The translations under genes and the position numbers were made by a program. A DNA stretch of 64,000 nucleotides from Candidatus Omnitrophota bacterium (GTDB lineage: Bacteria; Omnitrophota; Gorgyraeia; Gygaellales; Profunditerraquicolaceae), in contig JBAZKL010000002.1 of NCBI GenBank assembly GCA_041650835.1, positions 142,477 to 206,476 on the forward strand, in the 5' to 3' direction. Every line of letters starts with the position of its first letter. Position 1 is the first letter of the stretch. This document shows, piece after piece, positions 56,818 to 64,000 of the stretch. Under the pieces are notes generated by a model. That model worked only from the letters and a program-made list of their open reading frames with translations. It made no database searches and was not told the origin of the DNA.

Positions 56818-57379
56818 AAGTCACAAGACACAGGGCGCATGACACACGTAGTCGATAGTCTATAGTCGATGGTCCATAGTTATAGGTTGTGGTTAAGGTT
56901 AAGATGTTAGTTTGGTTGTTAGGTCAAGGATTGGGTAATTGAACGTTAATGATAAAGTTTAAAGCTCAAATAACAAAGGAAATCCAAAGAATAAAGGTTA
57001 AATTTTAAAATTAAACCTTGAACCTTAAACCTTCCTTTGTTATTTATCCTTTAGACTTTAGATTTAACTTGTCATACCTAACTGCCAATAATTAAGTCAC
57101 AAGTCACAGGTCGCATGACACACGTAGTCGATAGTCTATAGTCGATGGTCCGTAGTTATAGGTTGTGGTTAAGGTTAAGATGTTAGTTTGGTTGTTAGGT
57201 CAAGGATTGGGTAATTGAACGTTAATGATAAAGTTTAAAGCTCAAATAACAAAGGAAATCCAAAGAATAAAGGTTAAATTTTAAAATTAAACCTTGAACC
57301 TTAAACCTTCCTTTGTTATTTATCCTTTAGACTTTAGATTTAACTTGTCATACCTAACTGCCAATAATTAAGTCACAAG
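56818..57379. repeat. Tandem direct duplication, 2 x 276 bp plus an 11-bp start of a third unit. Each unit carries one module-A and one module-B element.
   Basis: Units 56818-57093 and 57094-57369 are about 98% identical (e.g. aagtcacaagAcacagggcgc versus aagtcacaagTcacaggtcgc). A third unit restarts at 57370 (aagtcacaagt) and stops. Confidence 0.9.
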
Positions 57380-57410
57380 TATTAGTCAAAATTAACAATA
57401 CAATAATTAC

Positions 57411-59915
57411 ATGAAAGAATTTCAGACTAAAAATCTTAAAAAGAACTTGATCCTGTGCAGTATAATTATTCTATTTATGCTCTTTCCCCAAAGCTATTGC
57501 GGCGCGCAAACCATTGACCAGAACGTTAAGGAAGAAGAGAGCATCTTTATTGCCCAGAAGGCTATTGAAGACGGTTTTTATGACGTCGCTCTATCTCTCT
57601 TGGAGCGTTTTCTTGCGCAATATCCTTCTTCGCCGCGAAAGGCGGAAGTCAACCTTCTCATGGGAGAGTGTTATTTTCATCAAAGCAAGTTTCTTGACGC
57701 ACTCGGTAAATTCAATGAACTCCTGAATCAACCGCTGGCAGGCGATATCCAGGACGCAGTTTTGTACTGGATCGCCGAAGTCCATTTCCGGGGAAACAAT
57801 TACCGTAAAGCGGCCGTTTATTATCAGTCAGTGATCGATAAATTCCCGAAATCGCCATACCTGGTAGCTTCATATTATTCGTTAGGATGGTGCTTATTCC
57901 AGGACCAGAAGTACAAAGAAGCCTTAGAATATTTCGGTATCATTGAAACAAAATATCCTCATGACCAGCATGTCCCCGACGCGGCTTTTAAGATCGTCGA
58001 ATGCCTCTACAACCTTAAAGATTACACGCGGGTAAAAGAAAAGGCAAAAGCTTATCTTAAGGTTTATTCGAAAGACAACGTTCGAACCGCGTATTTTTAT
58101 TTCTATTTGGCGGAGGCTGATTATTATCTTAATAATTTCAGTGACGCGATGGATGAATATTCGAAAGTGCTTGCTAAAACTACCGATGAAAAGACCAAAG
58201 CTGTTTCTCTCCTGGGGATGGCTTGGTCGGTTCTGCGGTTAAAGCAATATGAACAGGCGCAAACGATATTCTCTTCTATCAAAAGCGAAAACCTCGAAAA
58301 AAGAAGTATCGATGTCTTGCTGCTGGGAAAGGCTATACTTAACTTTGAGTTGAAGAATTTTCCTGAAGCAAAGATCATATATGAATCGCTGATTAATACT
58401 ACCGAAGACCCCGCGGTATTATTACAGGCATATTTGGGAAAAGCGGACTCGCTCTATAACCTCGGAGAATTTAAAGCCGCAGAAGCTTTTTATAAGGCCG
58501 GATTGAATAAGGCTTCCGAGCAGCCGGCCGCAGGGGAAATAACGGACAAGCTCCATTACGGCCTTGCGTGGACCTTCTTTAAAGAAGGAGAATTCAAAGA
58601 AGCCATTAAAGAATTTCAAAAGATCGCCACGCAAAGCGCGGATCAGATCGTTAAAATAAGCGCGCTCTGCCAGATCGGTGACGCTTACCAGGACTCGGGA
58701 GATTACGCGAAAGCCCAGGACGCCTACGACAGTATTCTAAAAGGCTATCCCGACAGCCTTTATAACGATTACGTCCAGTACCAATTAGGCCTTACCCAGC
58801 TCAAAACTGCCGCCTATGAAGGGGCTATAATGAGTTTTTTAAGCCTCAAAAAGAATTTTCCCAAATCAAAATTAATCGACGACGCCTCATACGCGCTGGG
58901 CTTAGCGTATTTCCAGAAGCAGGATTACCGTTCAAGCAAAGAGATATTCGAAACCTTCATCGCTGATTTTAAGGACAGCCCTATGCATGCCCAGGCGATG
59001 TATTTATTAGGGAGCAGTTTATTTAATTTAGAGGAATTTTCCGCCGCGATTGAAGCTTTTAAGAACATCCTGCGGGCCTACAGCCAGGATGCCGAGCTTT
59101 GCCAGAAGGCTGAATACGAAATAGCCGATTGCTATTATCAGATGGGCAACGAACCCGAGGCCATGTCACGCTTCAAGGCACTACGGACAAAATATCCCGA
59201 CTCGACCCTGACTGCGGAGATCATGTGGTGGCTGGGAGAGTATTATTACCGGCACAATGATCTAAATTTGGCAGGCAGGTATTTTTCATCGTTGATCAGC
59301 GATTTTCCGAAAAGCAATTTGATCAACGACGCGTATTACGTGCTGGGGTCCATATATGTTGAACAACAGAAATACCGGGACGCGATGGAAAATTTTCAAA
59401 AAGTCATCGATTCGGGGGCGCCTGACCTATCAGGGCAGGCTTATATCGCTATCGCCGATATATATGCGAATCAGGAAAAAACAGAGAAGGCTTTCAACGC
59501 CTATAGGGAGATCTCGGATAAATTCCCCCATTTACGTAACCTGGTATTCCCAAAAATCGCCGATTTGCTGGGTAAAGAAAAAAAGTTTAAAGAAGCGGTT
59601 GACTATTACGAGAAAAGTTTAGAGCTCGTCCCCGCGCGCGAAACAGCCCAGATCATGTTTAAAATAGCTGAAGCCTGGCAGGCGCAGGGCGACTTCAGCC
59701 GCGCTGTGGAGAGCTACCTGAAAGTCACGTATCTGCACGCGGATAATACCGCTTTAGTCGTAAAATCGCTGCTGCGTGCCGCCCAGATCCATGAAGACAA
59801 GCCGGATATCGACCAAGCGAGGAAGTTCTATCAAAGAATAGCGGAAATGAATGTCCCTGAAGCAAAATTCGCGCGGGAAAAATTAGAGGCTCTCAAACCC
59901 GCACGGAAACAATAA
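57411..59915 (+). CDS. Large secreted tetratricopeptide-repeat (TPR) protein
   Basis: N-terminal signal peptide (LILCSIIILFMLFPQSYCGAQT), then about 20 TPR-like 34-aa repeats (recurring W/Y..A...Y...G.Y..A...F patterns). Confidence 0.7.
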   Translation: MKEFQTKNLKKNLILCSIIILFMLFPQSYCGAQTIDQNVKEEESIFIAQKAIEDGFYDVALSLLERFLAQYPSSPRKAEVNLLMGECYFHQSKFLDALGKFNELLNQPLAGDIQDAVLYWIAEVHFRGNNYRKAAVYYQSVIDKFPKSPYLVASYYSLGWCLFQDQKYKEALEYFGIIETKYPHDQHVPDAAFKIVECLYNLKDYTRVKEKAKAYLKVYSKDNVRTAYFYFYLAEADYYLNNFSDAMDEYSKVLAKTTDEKTKAVSLLGMAWSVLRLKQYEQAQTIFSSIKSENLEKRSIDVLLLGKAILNFELKNFPEAKIIYESLINTTEDPAVLLQAYLGKADSLYNLGEFKAAEAFYKAGLNKASEQPAAGEITDKLHYGLAWTFFKEGEFKEAIKEFQKIATQSADQIVKISALCQIGDAYQDSGDYAKAQDAYDSILKGYPDSLYNDYVQYQLGLTQLKTAAYEGAIMSFLSLKKNFPKSKLIDDASYALGLAYFQKQDYRSSKEIFETFIADFKDSPMHAQAMYLLGSSLFNLEEFSAAIEAFKNILRAYSQDAELCQKAEYEIADCYYQMGNEPEAMSRFKALRTKYPDSTLTAEIMWWLGEYYYRHNDLNLAGRYFSSLISDFPKSNLINDAYYVLGSIYVEQQKYRDAMENFQKVIDSGAPDLSGQAYIAIADIYANQEKTEKAFNAYREISDKFPHLRNLVFPKIADLLGKEKKFKEAVDYYEKSLELVPARETAQIMFKIAEAWQAQGDFSRAVESYLKVTYLHADNTALVVKSLLRAAQIHEDKPDIDQARKFYQRIAEMNVPEAKFAREKLEALKPARKQ

Positions 59916-59946
59916 TTTAACGATACAAGGATTGAAAGGGTAGCGC

Positions 59947-60579
59947 ATGGACCTGTACAGAATGAGTCTTTGGAGCTTATTTTCGGCCGGAGGGCCTTTA
60001 ATGTGGCCGATAGTGATATGTTCTGTTTTTGGAGCGGCGATCGTTATGGAAAAATTCTGGTATCTCCATAAAATAACGATTGATTCCCAATCTTTTTTAG
60101 ACAATATCCTGGAAAAGATAAAAAGGCACCAGATACAGGAAGCGTTGCTGCTTTGTGACAAGCAAGAGACTCCCGTAGCGCATATCCTTAAAGCAGGGAT
60201 CTTGAAATATGACCGGCCGCGGCCGCAGATAAAAGAAGCGATAGAAGATGCCTCATTATATGAGATCCCGAAATTGGAAAAAAACCTTTCAGCGTTAGCA
60301 ACTATCGCGCATATTTGCCCCTTATTGGGGCTCCTGGGGACGGTTACCGGCTTAGTCAGATGCTTTCAGCTCATTCAGGCAAAATCCACGGTTTTAACGC
60401 CTGTTTCACCCGCCGACCTGGCGGGAGGGATTTGGGAAGCTTTACTAACGACTATCGCAGGCCTTGTTGTCGCTATCCCGGCTTATGTCATGTATAATTA
60501 TTTGGTCAGCCGCATTAACAATGCTATCCTTGAAATGGAGCGCTCAGCGACGGAACTCGTCAATTTCCTGACTGAATAG
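59947..60579 (+). CDS. MotA/TolQ/ExbB proton-channel family protein
   Basis: 3 TM helices. Conserved C-terminal block AHICPLLGLLGTVTGL...AGGIWEALLTTIAGLVVAIPA. Confidence 0.75.
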   Translation: MDLYRMSLWSLFSAGGPLMWPIVICSVFGAAIVMEKFWYLHKITIDSQSFLDNILEKIKRHQIQEALLLCDKQETPVAHILKAGILKYDRPRPQIKEAIEDASLYEIPKLEKNLSALATIAHICPLLGLLGTVTGLVRCFQLIQAKSTVLTPVSPADLAGGIWEALLTTIAGLVVAIPAYVMYNYLVSRINNAILEMERSATELVNFLTE

Positions 60580-60594
60580 CGCTAAAAAGGGGAA

Positions 60595-60999
60595 ATGAAA
60601 TTCAGAAGACATGTTGAATTTGAGCACGGGCTCAAACAGATCGACATAGCGCCGCTCATCGATATCATTTTCTTGCTTTTGATCTTTTTTATGCTGACTT
60701 CAAGCTTTATCCTTCAGCCGGGTATACCGGTAAAGCTCTCCAAAGCCGTAACAAGCGAAGCACTGCGCCGGGTGAATCTAGTCATAAACCTCACTTTTGA
60801 AGACAGGGTCTATTGTAACGCAGACGAGATAAAACTTCCGCAGGAGCTTAAAGGTTTACTTGCCCGCGCGGCACGGGAAAATACGCCTGTTTTGATCAAG
60901 GCCGATCAACGCGCTTCACTGGGTAAGGTGGTAGAGATTTGGGATATGGCACGCCAAACGGGTGTTACTGTCATTAATATCGCTACTGACCGGCAATGA
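60595..60999 (+). CDS. ExbD/TolR biopolymer transport protein
   Basis: IDIAPLIDIIFLLLIFFMLTSSF N-terminal TM plus periplasmic domain. Confidence 0.75.
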   Translation: MKFRRHVEFEHGLKQIDIAPLIDIIFLLLIFFMLTSSFILQPGIPVKLSKAVTSEALRRVNLVINLTFEDRVYCNADEIKLPQELKGLLARAARENTPVLIKADQRASLGKVVEIWDMARQTGVTVINIATDRQ

Positions 61000-61700
61000 T
61001 CAGCTATACTTCTCAACGCCATAAACCGCCGGCTTTTCATTTATTCGGCTCGCGGAAATTCCTTTTATTCCACGGAAACCTCGGAAGAACGGTCGCTATT
61101 TCTTTTTTAAGCCATATTGCTTTATTCGGGCTCTTTAGCTTCTCTTTTGGCACCCGGATGCCGGATACGTGGAGACCTGATGTAAGTTTTCTCGGTTCGA
61201 TCCTGCTGCCAACCGATGTTGCTATTCCCGGAAATCATCCTCAAACCGGGATTATTGAAAGTATATTCTCAAAGAAAACAGCATCCGGTTTTTTGAAGGC
61301 TCAACCCGGTTCTTTTTTAACACAGCCTGCGTATGAACCTAAACCGGCTTTGGCCCATCAGCTTTCGTTGAAAAAATGCAGCTTCTCATATCATGCGGCC
61401 GCCAAAACAGGCAGGCATATTTTAAAAGACCATGATATTATGTTTTATCCGCTTTTACCGCAGCATTTCATGTTATATTTTCAAGACAGGCAAAGCGCCC
61501 ATATGGAGCTATTATGTAAAGCCGGCAAAGTACAAAAACCAAGCTCAATTATTATAAAGCGCAAAGTTTCTTCGGGCAACCTTGAAGTTGACTTGCTGAC
61601 AATGCGTTATATCGGGCATTATCTTTTTATCCAGCAGCGCCATTTCATCGAAGATACGTGGCAAACTATTAAGATCGACCTTTCTGCGGAAACCAAGTAA
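60996..61700 (+). CDS. Single-pass membrane protein in the TonB/TolA position (divergent; no Pro-rich spacer or recognisable TonB C-terminal domain)
   Basis: ATGA overlap with the exbD-like stop. One TM helix (VAISFLSHIALFGLFSFSFG) then about 180 aa periplasmic region. Call is by position only. Confidence 0.3.
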   Translation: MISYTSQRHKPPAFHLFGSRKFLLFHGNLGRTVAISFLSHIALFGLFSFSFGTRMPDTWRPDVSFLGSILLPTDVAIPGNHPQTGIIESIFSKKTASGFLKAQPGSFLTQPAYEPKPALAHQLSLKKCSFSYHAAAKTGRHILKDHDIMFYPLLPQHFMLYFQDRQSAHMELLCKAGKVQKPSSIIIKRKVSSGNLEVDLLTMRYIGHYLFIQQRHFIEDTWQTIKIDLSAETK

Positions 61701-61717
61701 CCGTTTAGCTGATTACC

Positions 61718-61939
61718 ATGATACGAATAGATTTTTCTCTTGCTATAACCTTTTATCTTCTCCTGCCGCTGGCCGTTATTTTTATCTTATGGCTTAAGAG
61801 GGTCAAACATAAAGAAAAAGACCTTTTTCTTAATCCGAAATTCATATGGTTTTGTTCGATCTGTACCTATACGTATATTAATACCAAAGAGGCAAAAATC
61901 TCAACGTGTCCTCGCTGTGGAAGTTTCAACGCCGCTTGA
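61718..61939 (+). CDS. Small membrane protein with C-terminal CxxC...CxxC zinc-ribbon (hypothetical)
   Basis: TM helix (AITFYLLLPLAVIFILWL) then FCSICTY...CPRCGS. Confidence 0.3.
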   Translation: MIRIDFSLAITFYLLLPLAVIFILWLKRVKHKEKDLFLNPKFIWFCSICTYTYINTKEAKISTCPRCGSFNAA

Positions 61940-62006
61940 GCCGTGATAGCCGAGGATTACTGACGAATTTTCTTGCGTCGCGCGGAATGAGGAATGAAGA
62001 TTTTAG

Positions 62007-62035
62007 TTGACCGTTGATACATTTGTATTTATAAT
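62007..62035 (+). promoter_or_regulatory. Near-consensus sigma70 promoter
   Basis: TTGACC at 62007-62012, 17-bp spacer, TATAAT at 62030-62035. Followed by RBS GGAGGAGG and the ATG at 62065. Confidence 0.55.
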
Positions 62036-62064
62036 TATGGCATACTATTAATGGAGGAGGACCT

Positions 62065-62271
62065 ATGATTACAGAAATCGGCATTATAGCAGGCGAGATT
62101 TGGCATTATCTGGACCAGCATGGAGAAGTCGATTTAAACGTTTTGATAAAAAGCATAGACAAACCCAGGGACGAAGTCTTAATGAGCCTGGGATGGCTTG
62201 CTCGTGAAGGGCACGTTGTATTACAGAAACTGAACAATGAATATAAAGCCGCTTTGAGAAAGAATGCTTAA
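62065..62271 (+). CDS. Small soluble protein (68 aa), possibly winged-helix-like (hypothetical)
   Basis: Strong RBS. Sequence MITEIGIIAGEIWHYLDQHGEVDLNVLIKSI.....LMSLGWLAREGHVVL. Translationally coupled to the next ORF (overlap 62264-62271). Confidence 0.35.
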   Translation: MITEIGIIAGEIWHYLDQHGEVDLNVLIKSIDKPRDEVLMSLGWLAREGHVVLQKLNNEYKAALRKNA

Positions 62272-62623
62272 GCTGCATCCCCGGAACAAGAGAGGTGTCG
62301 TTATATTGATTGTTTTAGTGACCTTGATGATCGTTACTGCGTTAAGCCAGGTGGTTTTGACGATCATTTTAAACCAGGCGAGGCTTACGCACCATCAGGT
62401 AAGCAGGGTCCGGGCATATTATGCGAATTTAGCGGCAATGAATTTAGCCCGGGAAAGCCTGCGGTTGGGATATTGGGCAACCGGCACATATACGCTTTGC
62501 GCTTCCGGTTGCACGGTAGATGACCCGAATATTCCCTATAGAGTAACCATTACCATAGGCGCCGCAAATGCTTCTACCGGCGTCCGCCAAATTACCCTGT
62601 CCACAGATTACACCTATCCTTAA
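62264..62623 (+). CDS. Pseudopilin-like protein (GspK-type N-terminus KRGVVILIVLVTLMIV without Glu+5)
   Basis: N-terminal hydrophobic segment resembling minor pseudopilins. A PilM gene lies downstream. Weak. Confidence 0.3.
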   Translation: MLKLHPRNKRGVVILIVLVTLMIVTALSQVVLTIILNQARLTHHQVSRVRAYYANLAAMNLARESLRLGYWATGTYTLCASGCTVDDPNIPYRVTITIGAANASTGVRQITLSTDYTYP

Positions 62624-62898
62624 TTAATCGTTATCCTGGTTTAAAGCCTGCGCGATATTTTCTTTTCACATTTATAATTAAGGCACGTTGAATAAACGCG
62701 CCTTAATTCATCATTATTAAGAATTTATTATAAATTAAGTAAGTTTATTATAGTTAGCATAACTTTGTTATACTATTATCTCCGTCGGAAAACCTACCAA
62801 AAGTAACTATGAGTAAGTTTAAGTAAAAAAACAGTTGACAAAGCTGATCTGTTATGTTTTAATGTTAACCATTATGAAAGATCAAAGAAGGTAGAAGT

Positions 62899-63087
62899 AT
62901 GACGCGATTAATGAACATAGACGAGTTAGCTGATTATCTGCGATTACAAAAACAGACGATTTATAACTGGCTGTCCCAGGGTAAACTTTCCGGGATAAAA
63001 GTCGGCGGCGTCTGGAGGTTCAGCCGTAAGGATGTCGATAATTGGCTTCGCAGTAGAAAAACAACTTCACGGACAGGGGATAAATAA
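62899..63087 (+). CDS. Excisionase/MerR-family helix-turn-helix DNA-binding protein
   Basis: MNIDELADYLRLQKQTIYNWLSQGKLSGIKVGGVWRFSRKDVDNWL, an HTH_17-type motif. Promoter-like TTGACA...TTTAAT lies upstream at about 62834-62862. Confidence 0.5.
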   Translation: MTRLMNIDELADYLRLQKQTIYNWLSQGKLSGIKVGGVWRFSRKDVDNWLRSRKTTSRTGDK

Positions 63088-64000
63088 TGGGCGCTTCTGC
63101 TGGTATATATTTTGGGCCTCGCGATATAAGTGTTGTTGAAGTCGCAGGGAAGAAAATCCTCAATACGATTAAGATCTCCCGCGCGAGCCTGTCTTCCAAC
63201 ACCGCGGAAGATAAGGTCCCCGAGGAAATCAAAATGATCGCCTTGCTCAAAGATGAGTTCAGGAAAAGCAAGGTTTCTGCCAAAAAATTCGACCTGGTTT
63301 TATCCGGTAACACTCTGGTCATACGCACCTTTGAGATCCCGATGCTTCCCCGTGATGAAATCTATAGCGCGGTAACCTTTGAAGCCAAGAAATATATCCC
63401 CTTCAAGCTGGAAGAATTGGTCTTCGATTATTATTTGTCCGTCGACCATGTTTCAAAAAAGAACATGGTACTGTTGGTCGGCATAAAAAGGGACACGCTT
63501 GAGCAATACTTCGCGATGTTTAAACAGCTCAATCTTGACATTCATTCGATTGAGTATTCCGCGTTCAGCGCTGTGCGCCTGTTAAAGATGGCAGGAGTGA
63601 AAGAAAAAGGCATTTCGGTCGTGATCAATCTCGACAGCGTTGAAAATGATGAGGTCAACTTTATTGTCCTGCAGGATGGTTTTCCCCTGTTTTGCCGCGA
63701 CATTACCTTAAAAAACGATTTCGATCAAGCGGCGCCAACTGACGCGCCTCAAGAGAACACCGTCGATGTAGAAAAGATAAAAGCGGAGCTGCGCGTTTCT
63801 ATAGATTTTTACAATCGGAAATTCCCCACAAAAAATATCGATAATGTATATTTTCTTGCCAATGAAGAACTCCGTGAACCGTTAGAATCGATAGCGCAGG
63901 AAAAGAATATCGCCTCCCGTTTCATAGACCAAAGGGTCATCCTTGGAAAGTCGGCGCCGTTCTCCCTGGCGGTATTAAAGGCATTTGCCGGAGCTTTATA
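63087..64000 (+). CDS. pilM: Type IV pilus assembly protein PilM (3' truncated by window edge)
   Basis: GIYFGPRDISVVEV..., FEAKKYIPFKLEELVFDY (PilM signature EA..YIPF.LEE), actin-like ATPase fold blocks. The ATG overlaps the upstream stop (TAATG). Confidence 0.7.
   Translation, partial: MGASAGIYFGPRDISVVEVAGKKILNTIKISRASLSSNTAEDKVPEEIKMIALLKDEFRKSKVSAKKFDLVLSGNTLVIRTFEIPMLPRDEIYSAVTFEAKKYIPFKLEELVFDYYLSVDHVSKKNMVLLVGIKRDTLEQYFAMFKQLNLDIHSIEYSAFSAVRLLKMAGVKEKGISVVINLDSVENDEVNFIVLQDGFPLFCRDITLKNDFDQAAPTDAPQENTVDVEKIKAELRVSIDFYNRKFPTKNIDNVYFLANEELREPLESIAQEKNIASRFIDQRVILGKSAPFSLAVLKAFAGAL

Noticed and set aside
62670-62705. Hairpin ttaaggcacg-ttgaataaa-cgcgccttaa after the pseudopilin-like ORF
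   Set aside because: It is a plausible weak terminator but has an imperfect stem and no T-run. I left it uncalled.

Overview
This 64 kb window comes from a Gram-negative-type bacterium and is densely coding. Every convincing gene (about 60) lies on the + strand. All minus-strand ORFs in the track sit inside + strand genes or inside non-coding repeats, so I treat them as spurious.

Gene content, 5' to 3':

(i) 1-16.6 kb is a cell-envelope glycan/LPS-type biosynthesis island. It holds a CapD/PglF-like dehydratase fragment, two O-antigen-ligase-family membrane proteins and two cobalamin-binding radical SAM enzymes. It also holds a sugar-nucleotidyltransferase::GT2 fusion followed by a large ArnT/PMT-like membrane glycosyltransferase, two further GT2 enzymes and two GT9 heptosyltransferases. 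A DegT-type sugar aminotransferase, GmhB and an MGDG-synthase-like GT28 complete the island.

(ii) priA and fmt follow.

(iii) Next are two tandem GalT-family (galactose-1-P uridylyltransferase/HIT) paralogs separated by a 409-bp structured repeat array.

(iv) gap is followed by an insertion (a fused membrane/spermidine-synthase-like protein plus an orphan GAF histidine kinase). That insertion is bracketed by copies of the same structured repeat. Then come pgk, two small envelope ORFs, tpiA and secG.

(v) An Opp/Dpp-type ABC importer (A, B, C, D, F).

(vi) rplM-rpsI.

(vii) A complete argCJBDFGH cluster.

(viii) A diaminopimelate/lysine block (lysA, dapF, LemA, dapA, dapB, an M42 peptidase and a DapL-type aminotransferase), then folK, panC and nadX.

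(ix) A small internally duplicated lysine-rich protein, then uvrA.

(x) A 276-bp tandem duplication.

(xi) A large TPR protein, ExbB/TolQ, ExbD/TolR, a divergent third component, several tiny ORFs and the start of pilM.

No rRNA, tRNA, CRISPR array, transposase or integrase was found.

The most unusual content is non-coding. Three dispersed intergenic element families recur. Family C is a hairpin-rich, tandemly arranged element with compensatory base changes between copies. It occurs three times, one of them inverted. Module B is a palindromic AT-rich element with four copies. Module A (motif 'gtcacaag.caca...gtagtcgatagtc') has three copies.

On the protein side, the upstream GalT paralog has lost the His-Pro-His nucleophile (H-S-R). 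PriA has degenerate Walker A and DEEQD motifs. The ornithine carbamoyltransferase carries SNRTY in place of STRTR. FolK has a histone-like lysine-rich tail.
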